Source of the DNA: Eledone cirrhosa
Taxonomy: Eukaryota
NCBI GenBank assembly: GCA_964016885.1
Contig: OZ024758.1
Span: forward strand, 35,960,001-36,024,000
Reading direction: 5' to 3'
DNA: 64,000 nt
Notes under the pieces: model-generated
The model's input: the letters and a program-made list of their open reading frames with translations, nothing else
What the model was told of the DNA's origin: nothing
Databases searched by the model: none
Translations under genes and position numbers: made by a program
Shown: in pieces, positions 26,501 to 38,900 of the stretch
Layout of the letters: each line of letters starts with the position of its first letter
How positions within the stretch are numbered: the stretch's first letter is position 1

Positions 26501-28450
26501 GTTCATGGTATTAGCTGTCAGAAGTCACTCCAATGTTGGTGAGAATTCATTTAAGTTCATGGTATTAGCTGTCAGAAGTAACTCCACTGTTGGTGAGAAT
26601 TCATTTAAGTTCATGGTATTAGCTGTCAGAAGTAACTCCACTGTTGGTGAGAATTCATTTAAGTTCATGGTATTAGCTGTCAGAAGTAACTCCACTGTTG
26701 GTGAGAATTCATTTAAGTTCATGGTATTAGCTGTCAGAAGTCACTCCAATGTTGGTGAGAATTCATTTAAGTCATGGTACTAGCTGTCAGAAGTAACTCC
26801 ACTGTTGGTGAGAATTCATTTAAGTTCATCGTATTAGCTGTCAGAAGGAACGCCACTGTTGGTGAGAATTCATTTAAGTTCATGGTATTAGCTGTCAGAA
26901 GTAACTCCACTGTTGGTGAGAATTCATTTAAGTTCATGGTACTAGCTGTCAGAAGTAACTCCAATGTTGGTGAGAATCCATTTAAGTTCATGGTATTAGC
27001 TGTCAGAAGGAACTCCACTGTTGCTGAGAATTCATTTAAGTTCATGGTATTAGCTGTCAGAAGTAACTCCACTGTTGGTGAGAATTCATTTAAGTTCATG
27101 GTACTAGCTGTCAGAAGTCACTCCACTGTTGGTGAGAATACATTTAAGTTCATGGTACTAGCTGTCAGAAGTAACCCCAATGTTGGTGAGAATTCATTTA
27201 AGTTCATGGTACTAGCTGTCAGAAGTAACTCCACTGTTGGTGAGAATTCATTTAAGTTCATGGTATTAGCTGTCAGAAGTCACTCCAATGTTGGTGAGAA
27301 TTCATTTAAGTTCATGGTATTAGCTGTCAGAAGTCACTCCACTGTTGGTGAGAATTCATTTAAGTTCATGGTACTAGCTGTCAGAAGTAACCCCAATGTT
27401 GGTGAGAATTCATTTAAGTTCATGGTATTAGCTGTCAGAAGTCACTCCAATGTTGGTGAGAATTCATTTAAGTTCATGGTATTAGCTGTCAGAAGTAACT
27501 CCACTGTTGGTGAGAATTCATTTAAGTTCATGGTATTAGCTGTCAGAAGTAACTCCACTGTTGGTGAGAATTCATTTAAGTTCATGGTATTAGCTGTCAG
27601 AAGTAACTCCACTGTTGGTGAGAATTCATTTAAGTCATGGTATTAGCTGTCAGAAGTAACTCCAATGTTGGTGAGAATTCATTTAAGTTCATGGTATTAG
27701 CTGTCAGAAGTCACTCCACTGTTGGTGAGAATTCATTTAAGTTCATGGTACTAGCTGTCAGAAGTAACCCCAATGTTGGTGAGAATTCATTTAAGTTCAT
27801 GGTATTAGCTGTCAGAAGTCACTCCAATGTTGGTGAGAATTCATTTAAGTTCATGGTATTAGCTGTAAGAAGTAACTCCACTGTTGGTGAGAATTCATTT
27901 AAGTTCATGGTATTAGCTGTCAGAAGTAACTCCACTGTTGGTGAGAATTCATTTAAGTTCATGGTATTAGCTGTCAGAAGTAACTCCACTGTTGGTGAGA
28001 ATTCATTTAAGTTCATGGTATTAGCTGTCAGAAGGAACTCCAATGTTGGTGAGAATTCATTTAAGTCATGGTACTAGCTGTCAGAAGTAACTCCACTGTT
28101 GGTGAGAATTCATTTAAGTTCATGGTATTAGCTGTCAGAAGGAACTCCACTGTTGGTGAGAATTCATTTAAGTTCATGGTATTAGCTGTCAGAAGTCACT
28201 CCAATGTTGGTGAGAATTCATTTAAGTTCATGGTATTAGCTGTCAGAAGTAACTCCACTGTTGGTGAGAATTCATTTAAGTTCATGGTATTAGCTGTCAG
28301 AAGTAACTCCACTGTTGGTGAGAATTCATTTAAGTTCATGGTATTAGCTGTCAGAAGTAACTCCACTGTTGGTGAGAATTCATTTAAGTTCATGGTATTA
28401 GCTGTCAGAAGGAACTCCAATGTTGGTGAGAATTCATTTAAGTCATGGTA
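14150..28450. repeat. Four-copy HOR with periods 3,286, 3,556 and 4,202 bp (61, 66, 78 monomers)
   Basis: The same ORF series (61, 218, 146, 290, 146, 128 aa) starts at 14275, 17561, 21117 and 25319. Block-specific variants include CATCGT at 15786/19072/22628/26830 and TTTAATTTC at ~15403/18689/22245/26447. Confidence 0.92.
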
Positions 28451-31400
28451 CTAGCTGTCAGAAGTAACTCCACTGTTGGTGAGAATTCATTTAAGTTCAT
28501 GGTATTAGCTGTCAGAAGGAACTCCACTGTTGGTGAGAATTCATTTAAGTTCATGGTATTAGCTGTCAGAAGTAACTCCACTGTTGGTGAGAATTCATTT
28601 AAGTTCATGGTATTAGCTGTCAGAAGTAACTGCACCGTTGGTGAGAATTCATTTAAGTTCATGGTACTAGCTGTCAGAAGTAACTCCAATGTTGGTGAGA
28701 ATTCATTTAAGTTCATGGTATTAGCTGTCAGAAGTAACTCCACTGTTGGTAAGAATTCATTTAAGTTCATGGTATTAGCTGTCAGAAGTAACTCCACTGT
28801 TGGTGAGAATTCATTTAAGTTCATGGTATTAGCTGTCAGAAGGAACGCCACTGTTGGTGAGAATTCATTTAAGTTCATGGTATTAGCTGTCAGAAGTAAC
28901 TCCACTGTTGGTGAGAATTCATTTAAGTTCATGGTACTAGCTGTCAGAAGTAACTCCACTGTTGGTGAGAATTCATTTAAGTTCATGGTATTAGCTGTCA
29001 GAAGTCACTCCAATGTTGGTGAGAATTCATTTAAGTTCATGGTATTAGCTGTCAGAAGTCACTCCACGGTTGGTGAGAATTCATTTAAGTTCATGGTACT
29101 AGCTGTCAGAAGTAACCCCAATGTTGGTGAGAATTCATTTAAGTTCATGGTATTAGCTGTCAGAAGTCACTCCAATGTTGGTGAGAATTCATTTAAGTTC
29201 ATGGTATTAGCTGTCAGAAGTAACTCCACTGTTGGTGAGAATTCATTTAAGTTCATGGTATTAGCTGTCAGAAGTAACTCCACTGTTGGTGAGAATTCAT
29301 TTAAGTTCATGGTATTAGCTGTCAGAAGTAACTCCACTGTTGGTGAGAATTCATTTAAGTCATGGTATTAGCTGTCAGAAGTAACTCCAATGTTGGTGAG
29401 AATTCATTTAAGTTCATGGTATTAGCTGTCAGAAGTCACTCCACTGTTTGTGAGAATTCATTTAAGTTCATGGTACTAGCTGTCAGAAGTAACCCCAATG
29501 TTGGTGAGAATTCATTTAAGTTCATGGTATTAGCTGTCAGAAGTCACTCCAATGTTGGTGAGAATTCATTTAAGTTCATGGTATTAGCTGTCAGAAGTAA
29601 CTCCACTGTTGGTGAGAATTCATTTAAGTTCATGGTATTAGCTGTCAGAAGTAACTCCACTGTTGGTGAGAATTCATTTAAGTTCATGGTATTAGCTGTC
29701 AGAAGTAACTCCACTGTTGGTGAGAATTCATTTAAGTTCATGGTATTAGCTGTCAGAAGGAACTCCAATGTTGGTGAGAATTCATTTAAGTCATGGTACT
29801 AGCTGTCAGAAGTAACTCCACTGTTGGTGAGAATTCATTTAAGTTCATGGTATTAGCTGTCAGAAGGAACTCCACTGTTGGTGAGAATTCATTTAAGTTC
29901 ATGGTATTAGCTGTCAGAAGTAACTCGACTGTTGGTGAGAATTCATTTAAGTTCATGGTATTAGCTGTCAGAAGTAACTGCACCGTTGGTGAGAATTCAT
30001 TTAAGTTCATGGTACTAGCTGTCAGAAGTAACTCCAATGTTGGTGAGAATTCATTTAAGTTCAAGGTATTAGCTGTCAGAAGTAACTCCACTGTTGGTGA
30101 GAATTCATTTAAGTTCATGGTATTAGCTGTCAGAAGTAACTCCACTGTTGGTGAGAATTCATTTAAGTTCATGGTATTAGCTGTCAGAAGTAACTCCACT
30201 GTTGGTGAGAATTCATTTACGTTCATGGTACTAGCTATCAGAAGTAACTCCAATGTTGGTGAGAATTCATTTAAGTTCATGGTATTAGCTGTCAGAAGTA
30301 ACTCCACTGTTGGTGAGAATTCATTTAAGTCATGGTATTAGCTGTCAGAAGTAACTCCACTGTTGGTGAGAATTCATTTAAGTTCATGGTATTAGCTGTC
30401 AGAAGTAACTCCACTGTTGGTGAGAATTCATTTAAGTTCATGGTACTAGCTGTCAGAAGTAACTCCAATGTTGGTGAGAATTCATTTAAGTTCATGGTAT
30501 TAGCTGTCAGAAGGAACTCCACTGTTGCTGAGAATTCATTTAAGTTCATGGTATTAGCTGTCAGAAGTAACTCCACTGTTGGTGAGAGTTCATTTAAGTT
30601 CATGGTACTAGCTGTCAGAAGTCACTCCACTGTTGGTGAGAATACATTTAAGTTCATGGTACTAGCTGTCAGAAGTAACCCCAATGTTGGTGAGAATTCA
30701 TTTAAGTTCATGGTATTAGCTGTCAGAAGTCACTCCAATGTTGGTGAGAATTCATTTAAGTTCATGGTATTAGCTGTCAGAAGTAACTCCACTGTTGGTA
30801 AGAATTCATTTAAGTTCATGGTATTAGCTGTCAGAAGTAACTCCACTGTTGGTGAGAATTCATTTAAGTTCATGGTATTAGCTGTCAGAAGGAACGCCAC
30901 TGTTGGTGAGAATTCATTTAAGTTCATGGTATTAGCTGTCAGAAGTAACTCCACTGTTGGTGAGAATTCATTTAAGTTCATGGTACTAGCTGTCAGAAGT
31001 AACTCCACTGTTGGTGAGAATTCATTTAAGTTCATGGTATTAGCTGTCAGAAGTAACTCCACTGTTGGTGAGAATTCATTTAAGTTCATGGTATTAGCTG
31101 TCAGAAGTAACTCCACTGTTGGTGAGAATTCATTTAAGTTCATGGTATTAGCTGTCAGAAGTAACTCCACTGTTGATGAGAATTCATTTAAGTCATGGTA
31201 TTAGCTGTCAGAAGTAACTCCAATGTTGGTGAGAATTCATTTAAGTTCATGGTATTAGCTGTCAGAAGTCACTCCACTGTTGGTGAGAATTCATTTAAGT
31301 TCATGGTATTAGCTGTCAGAAGTAACTCCACTGTTGGTGAGAATTCATTTAAGTTCATGGTACTAGCTGTCAGAAGTAACTCCAATGTTGGTGAGAATTC

Positions 31401-32989
31401 ATTTAAGTTCATGGTATTAGCTGTCAGAAGGAACTCCACTGTTGCTGAGAATTCATTTAAGTTCATGGTATTAGCTGTCAGAAGTAACTCGACTGTTGGT
31501 GAGAATTCATTTAAGTTCATGGTACTAGCTGTCAGAAGTCACTCCACTGTTGGTGAGAATACATTTAAGTTCATGGTACTAGCTGTCAGAAGTAACCCCA
31601 ATGTTGGTGAGAATTCATTTAAGTTCATGGTATTAGCTGTCAGAAGTCACTCCAATGTTGGTGAGAATTCATTTAAGTTCATGGTATTAGCTGTCAGAAG
31701 TAACTCCACTGTTGGTAAGAATTCATTTAAGTTCATGGTATTAGCTGTCAGAAGTAACTCCACTGTTGGTGAGAATTCATTTAAGTTCATGGTATTAGCT
31801 GTCAGAAGGAACGCCACTGTTGGTGAGAATTCATTTAAGTTCATGGTATTAGCTGTCAGAAGTAACTCCACTGTTGGTGAGAATTCATTTAAGTTCATGG
31901 TATTAGCTGGCAGAAGTAACTCCACTGTTGGTGAGAATTCATTTAAGTTCATGGTATTAGCTGTCAGAAGTAACTCCACTGTTGGTGAGAATTCATTTAA
32001 GTTCATGGTATTAGCTGTCAGAAGTAACTCCACTGTTGGTGAGAATTCATTTAAGTTCATGGTATTAGCTGTCAGAAGTAACTCCACTGTTGGTGAGAAT
32101 TCATTAAAGTTCATGGTATTAGCTGTCAGAAGGAACTCCAATGTTGGTGAGAATTCATTTAAGTTCATGGTATTAGCTGTCAGAAGTAACTCCACTGTTG
32201 GTGAGAATTCATTTAAGTTCATGGTATTAGCTGTCAGAAGGAACTCCAATGTTGGTGAGAATTCATTTAAGTCATGGTATTAGCTGTCAGAAGTAACTCC
32301 ACTGTTGGTGAGAATTCATTTAAGTTCATGGTACTAGCTGTCAGAAGTAACCCCAATGTTGGTGAGAATTCATTTAAGTTCATGGTATTAGCTGTCAGAA
32401 GTAACTCCACTGTTGGTGAGAATTCATTTAAGTTCATGGTACAAGCTGTCAGAAGTAACTCCAATGTTGGTGAGAATTCATTTAAGTTCATGGTATTAGC
32501 TGTCAGAAGGAACTCCACTGTTGCTGAGAATTCATTTAAGTTCATGGTATTAGCTGTCAGAAGTAACTCCACTGTTGGTGAGAATTCATTTAAGTTCATG
32601 GTACTAGCTGTCAGAAGTAACTCCACTGTTGGTGAGAATTCATTTAAGTTCATGGTATTAGCTGTCAGAAGTCACTCCATTGTTGGTGAGAATTCATTTA
32701 AGTTAATGGTATTAGCTGTCAGAAGTCACTCCACTGTTGGTGAGAATTCATTTAAGTTCATGGTACTAGCTGTCAGAAGTATCCCCAATGTTGGTGAGCA
32801 TTCATTTAAGTTCATGGTATTAGCTGTCAGAAGTCACTCCAATGTTGGTGAGAATTCATTTAAGTTCATGGTATTAACTGTCAGAAGTAACTCCACTGTT
32901 GGTGAGAATTCATTTAAGTTCATGGTATTAGCTGTCAGAAGTAACTCCACTGTTGGTGAGAATTCATTTAAGTTCATGGTATTAGCTGT

Positions 32990-35900
32990 CAGAAGTAACT
33001 CCACTGTTGGTGAGAATTCATTTAAGTCATGGTATTAGCTGTCAGAAGTAACTCCAATGTTGGTGAGAATTCATTTAAGTTCATGGTATTAACTGTCAGA
33101 AGTCACTCCACTGTTGGTGAGAATTCATTTAAGTTCATGGTACTAGCTGTCAGAAGTAACCCCAATGTTGGTGAGAATTCATTTAAGTTCATGGTATTAG
33201 CTGTCAGAAGTCACTCCAATGTTGGTGAGAATTCATTTAAGTTCATGGTATTAGCTGTCAGAAGTAACTCCACTGTTGGTGAGAATTCATTTAAGTTCAT
33301 GGTATTAGCTGTCAGAAGTAACTCCACTGTTGGTGAGAATTCATTTAAGTTCATGGTATTAGCTGTCAGAAGTAACTCCACTGTTGGTGAGAATTCATTT
33401 AAGTTCATGGTATTAGCTGTCAGAAGTCACTCCAATGTTGGTGAGAATTCATTTAAGTCATGGTACTAGCTGTCAGAAGTAACTCCACTGTTGGTGAGAA
33501 TTCATTTAAGTTCATTGTATTAGCTGTCAGAAGGAACGCCACTGTTGGTGAGAATTCATTTAAGTTCATGGTATTAGCTGTCAGAAGTAACTCCACTGTT
33601 GGTGAGAATTCATTTAAGTTCATGGTACTAGCTGTCAGAAGTAACTCCAATGTTGGTGAGAATTCATTTAAGTTCATGGTATTAGCTGTCAGAAGGAACT
33701 CCACTGTTGCTGAGAATTCATTTAAGTTCATGGTATTAGCTGTCAGAAGTAACTCCACTGTTGGTGAGAATTCATTTAAGTTCATGGTACTAGCTGTCAG
33801 AAGTCACTCCACTGTTGGTGAGAATACATTTAAGTTCATGGTACTAGCTGTCAGAAGTAACCCCAATGTTGGTGAGAATTCATTTAAGTTCATGGTATTA
33901 GCTGTCAGAAGTCACTCCACTGTTGGTAAGAATTCATTTAAGTTCATGGTATTAGCTGTCAGAAGTAACTCCACTGTTGGTGAGAATTCATTTAAGTTCA
34001 TGGTATTAGCTGTCAGAAGGAACGCCACTGTTGGTGAGAATTCATTTAAGTTCATGGTATTAGCTGTCAGAAGTCACTCCACTGTTGGTGAGAATTCATT
34101 TAAGTTCATGGTACTAGCTGTCAGAAGTAACCCCAATGTTGGTGAGAATTCATTTAAGTTCATGGTATTAGCTGTCAGAAGTCACTCCAATGTTGGTGAG
34201 AATTCATTTAAGTTCATGGTATTAGCTGTCAGAAGTAACTCCACTGTTGGTGAGAATTCATTTAAGTTCATGGTATTAGCTGTCAGAAGTAACTCCACTG
34301 TTGGTGAGAATTCATTTAAGTTCATGGTATTAGCTGTCAGAAGTAACTCCACTGTTGGTGAGAATTCATTTAAGTCATGGTATTAGCTGTCAGAAGTAAC
34401 TCCAATGTTGGTGAGAATTCATTTAAGTTCATGGTATTAGCTGTCAGAAGTCACTCCACTGTTGGTGAGAATTCATTTAAGTTCATGGTATTAGCTGTCA
34501 GAAGTAACTCCACTGTTGGTGAGAATTCATTTAAGTTCATGGTATTAGCTGTCAGAAGTAACTCCATTGTTGGTGAGAATTCATTTAAGTTCATGGTATT
34601 AGCTGTCAGAAGGAACTCCAATGTTGGTGAGAATTCATTTAAGTCATGGTACTAGCTGTCAGAAGTAACTCCACTGTTGGTGAGAATTCATTTAAGTTCA
34701 TGGTATTAGCTGTCAGAAGGAACGCCACTGTTGGTGAGAATTCATTTAAATTCATGGTATTAGCTGTCAGAAGTAACTCCACTGTTGGTGAGAATTCATT
34801 TAAGTTCATGGTACTAGCTGTCAGAAGTAACTCCAATGTTGGTGAGAATTCATTTAAGTTCATGGTATTAGCTGTCAGAAGTAACTCCACTGTTGGTGAG
34901 AATTCATTTAAGTTCATGGTATTAGCTGTCAGAAGTCACTCCAATGTTGGTGAGAATTCATTTAAGTCATGGTACTAGCTGTCAGAAGTAACTCCACTGT
35001 TGGTGAGAATTCATTTAAGTTCATTGTATTAGCTGTCAGAAGGAACGCCACTGTTGGTGAGAATTCATTTAAGTTCATGGTATTAGCTGTCAGAAGTAAC
35101 TCCACTGTTGGTGAGAATTCATTTAAGTTCATGGTACTAGCTGTCAGAAGTAACTCCAATGTTGGTGAGAATTCATTTAAGTTCATGGTATTAGCTGTCA
35201 GAAGGAACTCCACTGTTGCTGAGAATTCATTTAAGTTCATGGTATTAGCTGTCAGAAGTAACTCCACTGTTGGTGAGAATTCATTTAAGTTCATGGTACT
35301 AGCTGTCAGAAGTCACTCCACTGTTGGTGAGAATACATTTAAGTTCATGGTACTAGCTGTCAGAAGTAACCCCAATGTTGGTGAGAATTCATTTAAGTTC
35401 ATGGTATTAGCTGTCAGAAGTCACTCCAATGTTGGTGAGAATTCATTTAAGTTCATGGTATTAGCTGTCAGAAGTAACTCCACTGTTGGTAAGAATTCAT
35501 TTAAGTTCATGGTATTAGCTGTCAGAAGTAACTCCACTGTTGGTGAGAATTCATTTAAGTTCATGGTATTAGCTGTCAGAAGGAACGCCACTGTTGGTGA
35601 GAATTCATTTAAGTTCATGGTATTAGCTGTCAGAAGTAACTCCACTGTTGGTGAGAATTCATTTAAGTTCATGGTATTAGCTGTCAGAAGTAACTCCAAT
35701 GTTGGTGAGAATTCATTTAAGTTCATGGTATTAGCTGTCAGAAGTAACTCCACTGTTGGTGAGAATTCATTTAAGTCATGGTATTAGCTGTCAGAAGTAA
35801 CTCCAATGTTGGTGAGAATTCATTTAAGTTCATGGTATTAACTGTCAGAAGTCACTCCACTGTTGGTGAGAATTCATTTAAGTTCATGGTATTAGCTGTC

Positions 35901-38900
35901 AGAAGTAACTCCACTGTTGGTGAGAATTCATTTAAGTTCATGGTATTAGCTGTCAGAAGTCACTCCAATGTTGGTGAGAATTCATTTAAGTTCATGGTAT
36001 TAGCTGTCAGAAGTAACTCCACTGTTGGTGAGAATTCATTTAAGTTCATGGTATTAGCTGTCAGAAGTAACTCCACTGTTGGTGAGAATTCATTTAAGTT
36101 CATGGTATTAGCTGTCAGAAGTAACTCCACTGTTGGTGAGAATTCATTTAAGTTCATGGTATTAGCTGTCAGAAGTCACTCCAATGTTGGTGAGAATTCA
36201 TTTAAGTTCATGGTATTAGCTGTCAGAAGTAACTCCACTGTTGGTGAGAATTCATTTAAGTCATGGTATTAGCTGTCAGAAGTAACTCCAATGTTGGTGA
36301 GAATTCATTTAAGTTCATGGTATTAACTGTCAGAAGTCACTCCACTGTTGGTGAGAATTCATTTAAGTTCATGGTACTAGCTGTCAGAAGTAACCCCAAT
36401 GTTGGTGAGAATTCATTTAAGTTCATGGTATTAGCTGTCAGAAGTCACTCCAATGTTGGTGAGAATTCATTTAAGTTCATGGTATTAGCTGTCAGAAGTA
36501 ACTCCACTGTTGGTGAGAATTCATTTAAGTTCATGGTATTAGCTGTCAGAAGTAACTCCACTGTTGGTGAGAATTCATTTAAGTTCATGGTATTAGCTGT
36601 CAGAAGTAACTCCACTGTTGGTGAGAATTCATTTAAGTTCATGGTATTAGCTGTCAGAAGTCACTCCAATGTTGGTGAGAATTCATTTAAGTCATGGTAC
36701 TAGCTGTCAGAAGTAACTCCACTGTTGGTGAGAATTCATTTAAGTTCATTGTATTAGCTGTCAGAAGGAACGCCACTGTTGGTGAGAATTCATTTAAGTT
36801 CATGGTATTAGCTGTCAGAAGTAACTCCACTGTTGGTGAGAATTCATTTAAGTTCATGGTACTAGCTGTCAGAAGTAACTCCAATGTTGGTGAGAATTCA
36901 TTTAAGTTCATGGTATTAGCTGTCAGAAGGAACTCCACTGTTGCTGAGAATTCATTTAAGTTCATGGTATTAGCTGTCAGAAGTAACTCCACTGTTGGTG
37001 AGAATTCATTTAAGTTCATGGTACTAGCTGTCAGAAGTCACTCCACTGTTGGTGAGAATACATTTAAGTTCATGGTACTAGCTGTCAGAAGTAACCCCAA
37101 TGTTGGTGAGAATTCATTTAAGTTCATGGTATTAGCTGTCAGAAGTCACTCCACTGTTGGTAAGAATTCATTTAAGTTCATGGTATTAGCTGTCAGAAGT
37201 AACTCCACTGTTGGTGAGAATTCATTTAAGTTCATGGTATTAGCTGTCAGAAGGAACGCCACTGTTGGTGAGAATTCATTTAAGTTCATGGTATTAGCTG
37301 TCAGAAGTCACTCCACTGTTGGTGAGAATTCATTTAAGTTCATGGTACTAGCTGTCAGAAGTAACCCCAATGTTGGTGAGAATTCATTTAAGTTCATGGT
37401 ATTAGCTGTCAGAAGTCACTCCAATGTTGGTGAGAATTCATTTAAGTTCATGGTATTAGCTGTCAGAAGTAACTCCACTGTTGGTGAGAATTCATTTAAG
37501 TTCATGGTATTAGCTGTCAGAAGTAACTCCACTGTTGGTGAGAATTCATTTAAGTTCATGGTATTAGCTGTCAGAAGTAACTCCACTGTTGGTGAGAATT
37601 CATTTAAGTCATGGTATTAGCTGTCAGAAGTAACTCCAATGTTGGTGAGAATTCATTTAAGTTCATGGTATTAGCTGTCAGAAGTCACTCCACTGTTGGT
37701 GAGAATTCATTTAAGTTCATGGTATTAGCTGTCAGAAGTAACTCCACTGTTGGTGAGAATTCATTTAAGTTCATGGTATTAGCTGTCAGAAGTAACTCCA
37801 TTGTTGGTGAGAATTCATTTAAGTTCATGGTATTAGCTGTCAGAAGGAACTCCAATGTTGGTGAGAATTCATTTAAGTCATGGTACTAGCTGTCAGAATT
37901 AACTCCACTGTTGGTGAGAATTCATTTAAGTTCATGGTATTAGCTGTCAGAAGGAACGCCACTGTTGGTGAGAATTCATTTAAATTCATGGTATTAGCTG
38001 TCAGAAGTAACTCCACTGTTGGTGAGAATTCATTTAAGTTCATGGTACTAGCTGTCAGAAGTAACTCCAATGTTGGTGAGAATTCATTTAAGTTCATGGT
38101 ATTAGCTGTCAGAAGTAACTCCACTGTTGGTGAGAATTCATTTAAGTTCATGGTATTAGCTGTCAGAAGTCACTCCAATGTTGGTGAGAATTCATTTAAG
38201 TCATGGTACTAGCTGTCAGAAGTAACTCCACTGTTGGTGAGAATTCATTTAAGTTCATTGTATTAGCTGTCAGAAGGAACGCCACTGTTGGTGAGAATTC
38301 ATTTAAGTTCATGGTATTAGCTGTCAGAAGTAACTCCACTGTTGGTGAGAATTCATTTAAGTTCATGGTACTAGCTGTCAGAAGTAACTCCAATGTTGGT
38401 GAGAATTCATTTAAGTTCATGGTATTAGCTGTCAGAAGGAACTCCACTGTTGCTGAGAATTCATTTAAGTTCATGGTATTAGCTGTCAGAAGTAACTCCA
38501 CTGTTGGTGAGAATTCATTTAAGTTCATGGTACTAGCTGTCAGAAGTCACTCCACTGTTGGTGAGAATACATTTAAGTTCATGGTACTAGCTGTCAGAAG
38601 TAACCCCAATGTTGGTGAGAATTCATTTAAGTTCATGGTATTAGCTGTCAGAAGTCACTCCAATGTTGGTGAGAATTCATTTAAGTTCATGGTATTAGCT
38701 GTCAGAAGTAACTCCACTGTTGGTAAGAATTCATTTAAGTTCATGGTATTAGCTGTCAGAAGTAACTCCACTGTTGGTGAGAATTCATTTAAGTTCATGG
38801 TATTAGCTGTCAGAAGGAACGCCACTGTTGGTGAGAATTCATTTAAGTTCATGGTATTAGCTGTCAGAAGTAACTCCACTGTTGGTGAGAATTCATTTAA
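32990..38900. repeat. 3,234-bp (60-monomer) duplication
   Basis: ORF starts 33029/33460/34377/34646/34969 recur at 36263/36694/37611/37880/38203 (+3234) with shared CTCCATTG and TTTAAATTC variants. Boundaries are approximate. Confidence 0.85.

Noticed and set aside
15786-26830. CATCGT versus CATTGT as evidence of methyl-CpG deamination
   Set aside because: CATTGT occurs on both sides of the four-copy HOR and CATCGT only within it. Parsimony therefore favours T to C in the HOR ancestor, not C to T decay.
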